Assembly: GCA_963707915.1 (NCBI GenBank)
Contig: OY970178.1
Span: 608,001 to 672,000, forward strand
Source: Candidatus Eiseniibacteriota bacterium
Lineage (GTDB): Bacteria > Eisenbacteria > RBG-16-71-46
Length of the DNA stretch: 64,000 bases
Direction of reading: 5' to 3'
Part shown: in pieces, positions 33,649 through 43,248 of the stretch
Position numbering within the stretch: position 1 is the first letter of the stretch
How the letters are laid out: every line of letters starts with the position of its first letter
Translations under genes and position numbers: made by a program
Notes under the pieces: model-generated
What the model saw: only the letters and a program-made list of their open reading frames with translations
What the model was told of the DNA's origin: nothing
Database searches by the model: none

Positions 33649-33677
33649 TTGACAGTGCTGGAGGGCGACCCTAACGT
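33649..33677 (+). promoter_or_regulatory. Sigma70-type promoter upstream of asnS
   Basis: TTGACA (33649-33654) - 17 nt - TAACGT (33672-33677). Confidence 0.65.
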
Positions 33678-33768
33678 GATTCGCTTCGACGGGGTTATCG
33701 GCGCCGGGAATGGCCCCCTTGAGGGGTTTGTGACCCGGCCGGGAGTCGTCGTCTCAGGGGAGGGAAGG

Positions 33769-35085
33769 ATGACCGGAGCGGAAGGCGCGGGCTCGCCCTG
33801 GGTGCGCATCTGCGAGGGCGGGGCCCACGTGGGCTCCGTGGTGGAGGTGCGTGGTTGGCTGACCCACCACCGCTCGAGCGGCAAGGTCCAGTTCCTGGTC
33901 CTGCGCGACGGCTCGGGGACCCTGCAGTGCGTGGCGGCGCGGAGCGACCTGCCGGCGGAGCAGTGGGATGCCCTGGGCGCGCTCACGCTGGAGTCCTCGC
34001 TGATCGTGCGCGGGAGCCTGCGGGCCGACGCCCGCGCCCCGGGCGGCGTCGAGATGGGCCTGCATTCCGTGAGCGTGCTGTCGGTGGCGGAGGCCTACCC
34101 GATCACGCCCAAGGAGCACGGCACCGACTTCCTGATGGACCACCGGCACCTGTGGCTGCGCTCGTCGCGGCAGCACGCCATCCTGCGGATCCGGGCGGAG
34201 CTCATCGGCGCACTGCGGGACTTCATGGACGGCGAGGGCTTCCTGCTGGTGGATTCGCCCATCTTCACCCCGAGCGCGTGCGAGGGCACGAGCACGCTGT
34301 TCGAGACGGAGTACTTCGACGAGAAGGCCTACCTGTCGCAGAGCGGGCAACTCTACCAGGAAGCCGCGGCGCTGGCGTTCGGGCGCACCTACTGCTTCGG
34401 CCCGACGTTCCGGGCCGAGAAGAGCAAGACCCGCCGGCACCTGATCGAGTTCTGGATGATGGAGCCGGAGTGGGCCTTCGCGACGCTCGAGGACGTGATC
34501 GCGCTCGAGGAGCGGATGCTGGTGTCGGTGGTGGGGCGCGTCCTCGAACGCCGCGCCGAGGAGTTGAAGGTCGTCGAGCGGGACACGCGCGCACTGGAGC
34601 GGGTGCAGGCCCCCTTCGCCCGCATGCACTACAGCGAGGCGGTCGATCGCCTGCACGCGGCGGGCAGTCCGTTCGAGTGGGGCGGCGACTTCGGCGCGCC
34701 GGACGAGACGGCGCTCTCGGAGCAGTTCGCCACCCCGCTGTTCGTGACGAACTACCCCGCCGCGGTCAAGGCGTTCTACATGGAGCCGGACCCGGCGGAC
34801 GCGAGGCTGAGCCTATCGTGCGACTGCCTGGCCCCGGAAGGCTACGGCGAGATCATCGGCGGCGGGCAGCGCATGGCCTCGCTCGAGCTGCTCACGCGCC
34901 GGATCGAGGAACAGGGGCTGCCGCAGGAGGCCTTCGAGTGGTACAAGGACCTGCGCCGCTACGGCAGCGTGCCCCACGCCGGGTTCGGGATCGGCGTCGA
35001 GCGCACGCTGGCCTGGATCGCCGGCCTCGACCACGTGCGCGAGACCATCCCCTTCCCGCGGATGCTCAACCGGCTGAAGCCGTAG
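33769..35085 (+). CDS. asnS: Asparagine--tRNA ligase
   Basis: [59 protein letters not shown]. Confidence 0.95.
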   Translation: MTGAEGAGSPWVRICEGGAHVGSVVEVRGWLTHHRSSGKVQFLVLRDGSGTLQCVAARSDLPAEQWDALGALTLESSLIVRGSLRADARAPGGVEMGLHSVSVLSVAEAYPITPKEHGTDFLMDHRHLWLRSSRQHAILRIRAELIGALRDFMDGEGFLLVDSPIFTPSACEGTSTLFETEYFDEKAYLSQSGQLYQEAAALAFGRTYCFGPTFRAEKSKTRRHLIEFWMMEPEWAFATLEDVIALEERMLVSVVGRVLERRAEELKVVERDTRALERVQAPFARMHYSEAVDRLHAAGSPFEWGGDFGAPDETALSEQFATPLFVTNYPAAVKAFYMEPDPADARLSLSCDCLAPEGYGEIIGGGQRMASLELLTRRIEEQGLPQEAFEWYKDLRRYGSVPHAGFGIGVERTLAWIAGLDHVRETIPFPRMLNRLKP

Positions 35086-35092
35086 CCGGCGG

Positions 35093-36666
35093 TCAGCGCA
35101 CGCGGCGCAGGATCACCAGGGCGTTCTCGCCCGCCGCCTGCTCGTCGACGACCGCGGCCTGCGCGTAGCGGGCGAAGCACGAATCGCGCTCGGCCCGCGA
35201 GCGGAAGGGCATCCCCGCCCCGGCGAAGGCCGTGGACCCGGTCATCGCGGTCCGGCGGACGACCAGCCAGTCGGGCTGCTCGGCCGCGGCGACGTCCGCG
35301 TACCAGCCCGGCCCCTGCAGGCGGCGCCTGGCCACGGCGGGGGAGACGAGCCCCACCTCGTCCACGATCACCACCGGGTTGCGCCAGCCCACCAGCCCGA
35401 TCGGCTCGAGCATGACCTTCTCGCCGGGGCGCACGTGGCCGTGCAGCCAGTCCGCCACCGCGGCGAACCCGAAGTACTCGTTCTGGGCGCGGCCGACGTA
35501 GAGGTTGCGGGCGTCCACCCACATGGTCGCGACCAGCAGCGCCGCGCTGGCGAGGAGCAGGCCGCCGCGAGCCAGGCGCGGCAGGCCGACTGCGGCCAGC
35601 GCGGCCACCCCGGCGAGCGGCAGCACCAGGTACCAGTAGAAGTACGCCACCCCGAGCAGCGCGTACCCCAGCCACACGGCAAGGCAGGCGCCCACGGCGA
35701 GCACGAGGGCCCCGGAGCGCCGGCGCCACAGCGCGATGGCTCCGGCCACGGCCGCCGGGCCGAGCAGGACGGAGAGAGCGGAGAGGTGTCGGGCCTCGCC
35801 GATGGCGAGCATGCCCGGCAGGCGGAGCGGCGTGGCCAGCCCCACCAGAAGCGTCCGAACCACGGGCCGGGGGTGCCGTAGAGGCTCGACTTGGCGAGCA
35901 CGCTCTGCGGCACCGGCGAGCCGAAGGTGGCGGTGAGCGCGGCGATGCCGGGAGCGAACACGCCGAGGCCCACGGCGCGGTCGCGCGGCCGGGCACCGAG
36001 CGCGACGACCGCGGCGCAGGCCGCGCCTTCGGGGCGCCACAGGGCCAGGAGGCCGAGGAGCGGTCCGGCGGCGGCGCTTCCGCTGCGGGCGGTCGCCGCC
36101 GCGGAGGCGACGAGCGCGAGCATGGCGCTGTTCTCCATCCCCGACATCGCCACCACCGAGAAGTACGGCCAGGCGGCGAAGAAGAAGGTGAAGCACCAGG
36201 CTGCCGCGCGGGCCCGGCCTCCGGGGCCGTCGGCCTCGCGCTGGATCATGTGGCCGACCAGGAGCAGGGTCAGCGCGTCGGCCAGCAGCGTGGTGGCCCG
36301 GGTCCACGACACCGGGTCCTGGGCCAGCGCGCAGCCGAGCGCCGTCCACAGGGTCCACGGCGGGGAGGAGAAACCGAACACCGGGGTGCCGGGGTTGTAG
36401 ACCAGCCCGTGTCCGCCCGCCAGGTGGCGGGCGTAGCGGAAGGTGATGTAGGCGTCCTCTGCAGCCATCGGCAGGGCGAGCCAGGCGATGACCCGCGCCA
36501 CGACGAGCAGCGCGACCGGAACCAGGAAGGGGCCGCCCGGATCCAGGAAGTCGCGGAGACCGGGCAGGACACCGGGTCCTCCGAGCCTCCCTGGCGCCCG
36601 CGCGCCGTCCGGGTGGGAGTGCCTCGCCGCCGGGGTCGCCTGGTGCGCCGGGTGTCTCTTGGACAT
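35093..36666 (-). CDS. Polytopic membrane glycosyltransferase-like (GT-C-like) protein, one frameshift near 35840
   Basis: EDAYITFRYARHLA.G.GLVYNPG, SGMEN and RPEG motifs; the frame changes in the CCCC run at 35840-35843 and continues to a DEVGLV-containing C-terminal domain. Confidence 0.7.
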
Positions 36667-36912
36667 GAGGGCCTCGGCTGGTGTGGGGCAGCCCGGTAGG
36701 GAAACGGGATCGCCCCGGGATCGGCTCGGCCTGCCATCGCCGCCGCGGTCCGGCCCGGTCCGGGCCAGAGGCGAGCGGGGCCGGGGTAGAAGCCGCCGCC
36801 TCCGCGCCATGGGCCGGGGCCGCGAACGGCCAGGGCTCCACCGCGGGGGGGAAGTCTATCGAATCGGCGAATCCGGCGGCAAGGGCGAAGGATCCGAGGG
36901 AGACCCGCGGCC

Positions 36913-36941
36913 TTGACACTCCCTTCACGCACTCCTAATGT
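36913..36941 (+). promoter_or_regulatory. Sigma70-type promoter P1 of the PstS-like/TonB cluster
   Basis: TTGACA (36913-36918) - 17 nt - TAATGT (36936-36941). Confidence 0.65.
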
Positions 36942-36983
36942 GCCCGACTCGTGCTTCATGTGCTGCCGACAGGCGGGAAGCGG

Positions 36984-37976
36984 ATGGCTCTACAGGCTTT
37001 GATTGACAAGGCGCGACCGCGTTTCCTAGACTCTGAGGGCTTCGGCGTCCGGGATTGCCATGGCCCGAGAGGGTCGCGGTGGGTGTTCGCATTCCTGCTG
37101 GTGGCGGTGGTTGCGGCGGGTTGCGCGTCCCAGCGACGCCCTGGCGTCGTGGAAGATTCCCTGACGAGCGGGCGTATGACGATCGTGTGTGCTCCGGAAG
37201 CCCGCGATCTCATCGTCCGCGAACGGGATGCCTTCCAGGCGCTCTATCCCCAGGCGGACATCGAGGTTCGGGTCGGAACCTCCAGGGACGCGGTGAGCGA
37301 TCTGTTCGCCGCGCGCTGCGGAGCCGGGGTGATCACCCGGGAGCTGGTTCCTGAAGAGCGGTCGGCGGCGGTGAAGGGTGGACTGGAGATGGAGGGGTAC
37401 CGGATAGCCCGGGACGCGCTGGTGGCGATCGCGCACCCGTCGAATCCGGTGCAGAACATCTCGTTGCCGAAGTTGCGGGCGATCTACGCCGGAGAGGTGA
37501 GGGATTGGTCGCAACTGGCGGGCGAGCGCCGGGGGATACGACCGGTGACGCAGCCCATGGAGTCGGACGTGACGGCGTTCTTCATCGAGAAGGTCATGCA
37601 GGGGGCCCCGATCGCAGCCCGGGTGCTCACGGAGGTCTCCGACTCCGCCGTGGTGGAGCGCGTCCGGAAGGACCCGCAGGCGATCGGCTACGTGACGCTG
37701 GCCTGGGCGGACCGCGGGGCGCGGGCCCTCAACGTCTCCGCCCTGAGCGGGTTGCCGTACACGCAGCCGGATCCCGAGACCGTGTACGGGGGGAAGTATC
37801 CGGTCTGTCGGCAGTTCAACTACTACGTGAGGCAGGGTGGCCCGATGGTCGCGAACGGATTCGTCACCTTCCTCACCAGCACGGGCGGTCAGAAGATCGT
37901 CCACGAAGCCGGCTTCGTGCCGACCTCGGTACCGGTGCGCTTCGTGCGCCGCTCCCCGATGTTCAAGAGCCATTGA
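36984..37976 (+). CDS. PstS-like substrate-binding lipoprotein (start uncertain: 36984 ATG or 37083 GTG)
   Basis: Lipobox VAAGC; IARDALVAIAHPSNPV..ISL..LRAIY.G....W, AIGYV, G.YP..R; no pstCAB in the window. Confidence 0.8.
   Translation: MALQALIDKARPRFLDSEGFGVRDCHGPRGSRWVFAFLLVAVVAAGCASQRRPGVVEDSLTSGRMTIVCAPEARDLIVRERDAFQALYPQADIEVRVGTSRDAVSDLFAARCGAGVITRELVPEERSAAVKGGLEMEGYRIARDALVAIAHPSNPVQNISLPKLRAIYAGEVRDWSQLAGERRGIRPVTQPMESDVTAFFIEKVMQGAPIAARVLTEVSDSAVVERVRKDPQAIGYVTLAWADRGARALNVSALSGLPYTQPDPETVYGGKYPVCRQFNYYVRQGGPMVANGFVTFLTSTGGQKIVHEAGFVPTSVPVRFVRRSPMFKSH
37003..37032 (+). promoter_or_regulatory. Second sigma70-type promoter P2
   Basis: TTGACA (37003-37008) - 18 nt - TAGACT (37027-37032). 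Confidence 0.5.
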
Positions 37977-37998
37977 CAGGAGAACGGAGCCGAATCCC

Positions 37999-39852
37999 AT
38001 GAGAACCCCGAGCGCTGTTGGAAGGACCCTGTGGCTGCTGGCCGTGCTGGCCGGATGGATGCTCACCCTCCAGCCCGCCGCGCTGCGTGCCGACGAGCTC
38101 AGGGACGGTCGTGCCGCGCTGCAGGCCGGGCAACTGGAGGACGCGCTGCGCTTCTACGAGCAGGCGGCCGCTCAGGGCAGCGCCGAGGGCCGCGCGGGCG
38201 TGGGCCTGGTGTGGCTCAAGCGGCACAATCTCGCCAACGCGCGGGAGGCGTTCGAGCTCGCCGAGAAGATGGACAACCAGCTGGCCGTGGCCCACTACGG
38301 CCAGGCCGAGGTGCTGCGGCAGCTCGAGAAATGCGACGAAGCCGTGCCCCGGTACCAGCGGGCGGTGGAGCTGGACCGGCGCTTCCCGGAGGCGCAGCTC
38401 GGCCTGAGCGACTGCCTGTCCCAGCTCGGGCGCTACGCCGAGGCCGTCGCCGCGGCGAACCGGGGGCTCAACTGGGGCATGAAGTGGCGGCCGCAGTTCC
38501 TGATCGCGCTGGGGAACATCGCGCTGGCGCGCGACTCGCTGCGCGACGCCGGCATCTGGTACACGACCGCCGCGCAGGAGTCGCCGGACGACCCGGCCAC
38601 CCACCGCGCGCTGGGCGATTTCTACGTCAAGCGCGGCACGTTCGACCTGGCCTACCCCGAGTACCAGTCGGCGGTGGCGCGCGACTCGGGCAACGTCGAG
38701 CTGCACTTCGCGCTGGGCCGGGCGCTCTACTACGGCCAGCGCTACGTGTCCGCGCTCGAGGAGTTCCAGTGGGTCGTCGCCCGCGACCCGGAGTTCCCGG
38801 CGGCGCAGCTGGCCCTGGGCGACCTGCTCTATCGGTCGGGCAAGGCGGACCCGAGGCGCTACGCCGAGGCCCGCGCGCCGCTCGAGAAGTACGTCCAGCT
38901 GAGGCCCGACGACCCGAAGGGATGGAGCGTGCTGGGGCGGGTGTACTACTACGTCGAGCTGGCCGAGAAGGACTCCACGCTCAAGAACCGGGCGCTCGAG
39001 GCCCTCGACAAGGCGGAACAGCTCGGCGACAAGACCAAGGAGATGTACGCGATCCGCGCGCGGCTCCACATCGACCGGCGCGAATACGATCGGGCCGCCG
39101 CCGACTACGACCTGGCCGGGAACGACCTGCCGCCGGAGGACGTCTACCGGCAGGCCCGGATGCTGACGATCCAGAAGAACTTCACGCGCGCCGAGTCGCT
39201 CTACTCGGTCATCGTCGACCGTGATTCGACGTCGCGGCTCGCGTTGATGGTCCTGAACGAGATCGGGAAGATGCGCTTCGGGCAGGCGGCGGACGCCGCG
39301 AAGGCGGACAAGGCCTCGGCGGTGCCCATCTACGAGCAGACCATCGACATCTTCCGGCGCCGCGTCGCGCTTGACCCGGGCAGCGACGAGGCCTACTACT
39401 ACATCGGACTGTGTTACCGGGAGTTGGGACAGTACCCGGAGGCGATCGCGGCGATGCGCCAGTCGGCGAACCTCGCCGACGGCAAGGCCGACCGGCACTT
39501 CTGGCTCGGGCTGCTCTACGTGCAGGCGGATTCCGTCGAGCAGGCGCAGCAGGAATTCCAGCGCGTCGTCGATCTCGACGCCGGCAATTCCAACAACAAG
39601 GCCATCGCGCTGCGGCAGTTGGGTTACTATCGGCTGCTCCGGAAGGAGTACGGTGGTGCGATCGAGTTCCTGGAGCAATCGGCCGGCATCAATCCCAGGG
39701 ATGCCGGAACGCTCCTGTGGCTCGCACAGGGCTACCAGAACTCGGGCAATCGCGCGCGGGCCGCGGAGTACTATCGGCGGGTGCTGGCGCTGGACCCGGG
39801 CAATGCGGACGCACGGAACGGCCTGAAGATCCTTGAGGGCGGAGCCAGGTAG
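37999..39852 (+). CDS. Exported multi-TPR protein
   Basis: Signal peptide (ALRA), TPR repeats along the whole length. Confidence 0.85.
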   Translation: MRTPSAVGRTLWLLAVLAGWMLTLQPAALRADELRDGRAALQAGQLEDALRFYEQAAAQGSAEGRAGVGLVWLKRHNLANAREAFELAEKMDNQLAVAHYGQAEVLRQLEKCDEAVPRYQRAVELDRRFPEAQLGLSDCLSQLGRYAEAVAAANRGLNWGMKWRPQFLIALGNIALARDSLRDAGIWYTTAAQESPDDPATHRALGDFYVKRGTFDLAYPEYQSAVARDSGNVELHFALGRALYYGQRYVSALEEFQWVVARDPEFPAAQLALGDLLYRSGKADPRRYAEARAPLEKYVQLRPDDPKGWSVLGRVYYYVELAEKDSTLKNRALEALDKAEQLGDKTKEMYAIRARLHIDRREYDRAAADYDLAGNDLPPEDVYRQARMLTIQKNFTRAESLYSVIVDRDSTSRLALMVLNEIGKMRFGQAADAAKADKASAVPIYEQTIDIFRRRVALDPGSDEAYYYIGLCYRELGQYPEAIAAMRQSANLADGKADRHFWLGLLYVQADSVEQAQQEFQRVVDLDAGNSNNKAIALRQLGYYRLLRKEYGGAIEFLEQSAGINPRDAGTLLWLAQGYQNSGNRARAAEYYRRVLALDPGNADARNGLKILEGGAR

Positions 39853-39863
39853 GGAGGAGTCCC

Positions 39864-40205
39864 ATGAAGCAACGCCAGGTGGGCAGCATCTTCATCGTGA
39901 CGCCGAAGGGGTACCTGACCGGTGGCAAGGAGACGGACGAGCTGGAGCAGGCCATCAAGCAGCTCAGCGAAGCCGACGCCAAGCACCTCGTCATCAATCT
40001 CGCCGAGGCGCAGCACCTCAATTCGACCGCCCTCGGCGTGCTCATCTCGGCGCATTCCAACTTCGTCCGGCGCGGTGGCCAGATGAAGCTCTGCTCCGTC
40101 GACAAGCGTATCGAGAACATCTTCGTGATCACCAAGCTGTCCCTCGTGTTCGACGTCTATGCGACCGAGGAGCTGGCGATCGCCAGTTTCGCCGAGAAGA
40201 GCTGA
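39864..40205 (+). CDS. STAS domain protein (anti-sigma factor antagonist family)
   Basis: SD GGAGGAG; LVINL..A..LNSTALGVLI, F.ITKL..VF. Confidence 0.88.
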   Translation: MKQRQVGSIFIVTPKGYLTGGKETDELEQAIKQLSEADAKHLVINLAEAQHLNSTALGVLISAHSNFVRRGGQMKLCSVDKRIENIFVITKLSLVFDVYATEELAIASFAEKS

Positions 40206-40550
40206 CCGCCCCCCGGCGGGGCGTCCTGCCGGCGGGCAGCACAGGGGTCGCGGGGAGGGGCGGTACGAGCCCTGCGGCCCGGATGGGAAGATCGAAGGAT
40301 CAACTCGCCGTGACGAAGCCCGTCATGGTGTTCGCCCACCCGGCGGCCGGGGCGCGGTGCCCGCGGAGCAGGGTGGCGTGTCGGTCCCGCTGACCGGGCG
40401 GGTACGTGGATGATCACCAAGGGAAGCGGGGTACCTCGAAGGAGGCGCGCCGCCTCCGGTTCGACGGGAAAGGCCTGTTCGAACCCAAAGGACCAGCCTG
40501 CAGGGGCGTGATTGCGACCTCCGCGGGGGTTGGAGGAAGGAAGTCCAAGA

Positions 40551-41291
40551 ATGAGCCGTATCATCGTCCCTCTCGGATTCATCCTGGCCCTGGCAGTTTC
40601 GATCGTCGCGTGGTGGTTCCTGCCCGCGCTCGGCCCCATCGGTGAGCAGATGAAGGCAGGCGGTCCGCTGGTCGCGATGCTGATCCTGCTGCTGATCCTC
40701 GAGACGGCGTTCATCATCGAGCGGACCTGGAGCCTCAAGAAGGCCCAGGGCAAGGGCAGCATGCCGGAGTTCCTGAACGAGGTCCGCAAGAAGCTGCACT
40801 CGGGCGACGTGGACGCCGCGATCAAGCTGTGCGGTGCGCAGCGTGGTTCGGCGGCCAACGTGATCCGTGCCGGCCTCGAGCGCTTCCAGGCGATCCGCGC
40901 CGAGGGCGCGCCGCGCGAGAAGGTCGTCGCCGACACGCAGGCGGCCATCCAGGAGGCCAACGGCCTCGAAGTGCCGCTCCTCGAGCGCAACCTGATCGCG
41001 CTGTCGACGATCGCCTCGGTCGCCACCATGGTGGGGCTGCTCGGGACCGTGCTCGGGATGATCCGTTCGTTCGCGGCGCTCGGTCACAGCGGGGCGGTCG
41101 ACGCGCAGAAGCTCGCCATCGGCATCTCCGAGGCCCTCATCAACACGGCGGGCGGCCTCTTCATCGCCATCGCGGGCATCGTGACGTACAACGTCTTCGT
41201 GACCCGGGTGGACAACTTCAACTACATGATGGACGAGGCCTCCTACGAGGCGGTCCAGCTGCTCGCTTCGAAGACGATCGAGCGGAAGTAA
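40551..41291 (+). CDS. exbB: ExbB/TolQ/MotA proton channel protein
   Basis: STIASVATMVGLLGTVLGMIRSF, GISEALINTA. Confidence 0.92.
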   Translation: MSRIIVPLGFILALAVSIVAWWFLPALGPIGEQMKAGGPLVAMLILLLILETAFIIERTWSLKKAQGKGSMPEFLNEVRKKLHSGDVDAAIKLCGAQRGSAANVIRAGLERFQAIRAEGAPREKVVADTQAAIQEANGLEVPLLERNLIALSTIASVATMVGLLGTVLGMIRSFAALGHSGAVDAQKLAIGISEALINTAGGLFIAIAGIVTYNVFVTRVDNFNYMMDEASYEAVQLLASKTIERK

Positions 41292-41303
41292 GGGAGCGCG
41301 CGG

Positions 41304-41792
41304 ATGCTCAAGAAGAAACGCCGCATCGGCATCAGCATCGATATGACGCCGATGGTGGACGTCGCGTTCCTGCTGCTCATCTTCTTCATGACCACCACGC
41401 AGTTCAAGCCGCCGGACCAGGACAAGATCACCCTGCCGGAGTCGAACTCGGAGCTGAAGACGCCGGAGACCGGGATCATCACGGTCGTGGTCAGCGCACC
41501 CAAGCCGCCGGCGAACGTGTCGACCGTCAAGCTCGTCTACCAGAAGAGCGGCGAGAAGGTCGAACAGCTCGTGAACACCGACAACCTGGTCGAGGACCTC
41601 ACGAACTGGCTCAAGGACGCACGTCGCAGCCAGCCCACGGCGCGCATGGTCGTCAAGATGGACAAGGACGCGCAATTCGGCATCATGGCCGACATGATGG
41701 ACGCCCTGCAGGCCGCCAACGCTCCGCGCTTCAACGTCATGACGGAGCTCGGCATGAAGGGCGGCCTGATGGGCAAGAAGGAAGCCAAATGA
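41304..41792 (+). CDS. exbD: ExbD/TolR biopolymer transporter, copy 1
   Basis: IDMTPMVDVAFLLLIFFM. Confidence 0.92.
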   Translation: MLKKKRRIGISIDMTPMVDVAFLLLIFFMTTTQFKPPDQDKITLPESNSELKTPETGIITVVVSAPKPPANVSTVKLVYQKSGEKVEQLVNTDNLVEDLTNWLKDARRSQPTARMVVKMDKDAQFGIMADMMDALQAANAPRFNVMTELGMKGGLMGKKEAK

Positions 41793-41820
41793 CCGCCAAC
41801 CCCCGAGGAGGTGACGCTCC

Positions 41821-42306
41821 ATGGGCGCAGTAGACGCCCCCCAGCCACGAAGCGGTAAGAAGAAGGGCGGTAAGCGGGCCAAGCGGCGGGTCGGCATCCG
41901 TATCGACATGACGCCGATGGTGGACGTCGCCTTCCTGCTGCTCATCTTCTTCATGGTGACAACGGTCTTCCGCAAGCCGCAGGCGCTGGAGATCAACCTG
42001 CCGCCGGACAACAAGTCGACGGTGTCCGTCGCGCAGTCGAAGGTGCTCGAAGTCCGTGTCCTGACGGATCGCGCCTACTGGCGGAACTCGTCGGACCCGT
42101 GGGTCCGCGCGGCGGTGCTGGACCTGACCGGGGTCTTCGGGAAGTTCAGCAATGACGCAGCGAAGATCGTGCTCGTGAAGGTGGACCGCGAGGCGAAGTT
42201 CAACGACATGGTCAAGATCATCGACGAACTCGACCTCGCCAAGCTCACCCGCTTCTCCCTGCAGACGCTGAAGCCGGAAGAGAAGAAGGAGGTCGAGACT
42301 CTATGA
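41821..42306 (+). CDS. exbD: ExbD/TolR biopolymer transporter, copy 2
   Basis: IDMTPMVDVAFLLLIFFM, IIDEL. Confidence 0.92.
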   Translation: MGAVDAPQPRSGKKKGGKRAKRRVGIRIDMTPMVDVAFLLLIFFMVTTVFRKPQALEINLPPDNKSTVSVAQSKVLEVRVLTDRAYWRNSSDPWVRAAVLDLTGVFGKFSNDAAKIVLVKVDREAKFNDMVKIIDELDLAKLTRFSLQTLKPEEKKEVETL

Positions 42307-43034
42307 CGACCCTCCACGATCAGATCTCGCTGTTCGAGTTCATGCCCTACGGGGCGCCCGAACTCAAGGAAGTCGCGAAGAAGTACATGGTCCGGGCGAT
42401 CGCGGTTTCGTCGGGGGCCTGGATCGCGGTGTTCCTGTTGAGCTTCGGCGGCAGCGTGCTGATGGCCAGCCGCCCGAAGGAGACGAGCGTGATCGTCGTG
42501 CCGTATCGCGAGGTCACCGCGCCTCCGCCGCTCTCGGACGACACGCCGCCGCCGCAGGTGGCGGTGGCCACCGCCGTCGCCGCGCCCGCCGCGGCGATCC
42601 CGGTGCCGGTGCCGGACGCAGAGGCCCCCATGGAGCAGACCATCAAGTCGCAGGAGGAGATCGCGGCGGCGACGCCGAGCATGACGGCCCAGGACGACAA
42701 GGGGGCGTCGATCATCGTCGCCCCGCAGTCGGAAGAGGAGCTGCCGAAGTACGGCGAGTACGTCTACGTCGAGGAGTTGCCGGAAGCGATCACGAAGGTC
42801 AATCCCGTGTACCCGGACATCGCCCGCGAGGCGAGCGTGGACGGTACGGTGATGGTCCAGGCGCTGGTCGGCCGGGACGGCAGGGTGAAGGACACGCGTG
42901 TCGTGAAGTCCATCCCGATGCTGGACGCCGCGGCGATCGCGGCGGTCAAGCAGTGGGTCTTCAAGCCGGCGCTCTCGAACAACAAGCCGGTCGCGGTGTG
43001 GGTCGCCGTGCCGTTGAAGTTCACGCTGCGCTAG
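42303..43034 (+). CDS. tonB: Energy transducer TonB
   Basis: TM helix, Pro-rich linker, YPDIAREASV.G.V and W.FKPA TonB C-terminal domain. Confidence 0.9.
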   Translation: MTTLHDQISLFEFMPYGAPELKEVAKKYMVRAIAVSSGAWIAVFLLSFGGSVLMASRPKETSVIVVPYREVTAPPPLSDDTPPPQVAVATAVAAPAAAIPVPVPDAEAPMEQTIKSQEEIAAATPSMTAQDDKGASIIVAPQSEEELPKYGEYVYVEELPEAITKVNPVYPDIAREASVDGTVMVQALVGRDGRVKDTRVVKSIPMLDAAAIAAVKQWVFKPALSNNKPVAVWVAVPLKFTLR

Positions 43035-43074
43035 GCGTCGCGGACCGGGGCTGCATCCGGCCCCGCTGGAACAG

Positions 43075-43109
43075 GACGGGGAGCCGAAGACGGCTCCCCG
43101 TCTTCGTTT
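43075..43109 (+). terminator. Rho-independent terminator after tonB
   Basis: Perfect 12-bp stem GACGGGGAGCCG-AAGA-CGGCTCCCCGTC followed by TTCGTTT. Confidence 0.85.
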
Positions 43110-43174
43110 CCGCCGGGGGGGGACGGGCGCGGGACGCGCCCGGACCCGCTTTTCCCGCGCCCGTGGGCGGCCGT

Positions 43175-43203
43175 TTGCCTTGCCGGGGGGGAGTCCATAC
43201 CCT
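43175..43203 (+). promoter_or_regulatory. Possible sigma70-type promoter upstream of the Yip1 gene
   Basis: TTGCCT (43175-43180) - 17 nt - TACCCT (43198-43203). Confidence 0.4.
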
Positions 43204-43248
43204 GCGGGGGTTCATGCGGTCGTCCGCACCACCTTCCCGGAGGCAGAC

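Noticed and set aside
30471..33986. 1171-aa minus-strand ORF as a single gene
   Set aside because: Only the last 360 codons (from ATG 31553) look like real protein; the upstream part is an off-frame overlay of the TPR gene
36984..37976. Canonical pstS of a phosphate ABC operon
   Set aside because: No pstC/A/B or phoU adjacent, and the N-terminal GS(T/S)T-type phosphate motif is not evident
40206..40550. Cobalamin riboswitch ahead of exbB/tonB
   Set aside because: GGGAA words are present, but no B12-box or GCCACTG elements were found; kept only as an unknown structured leader
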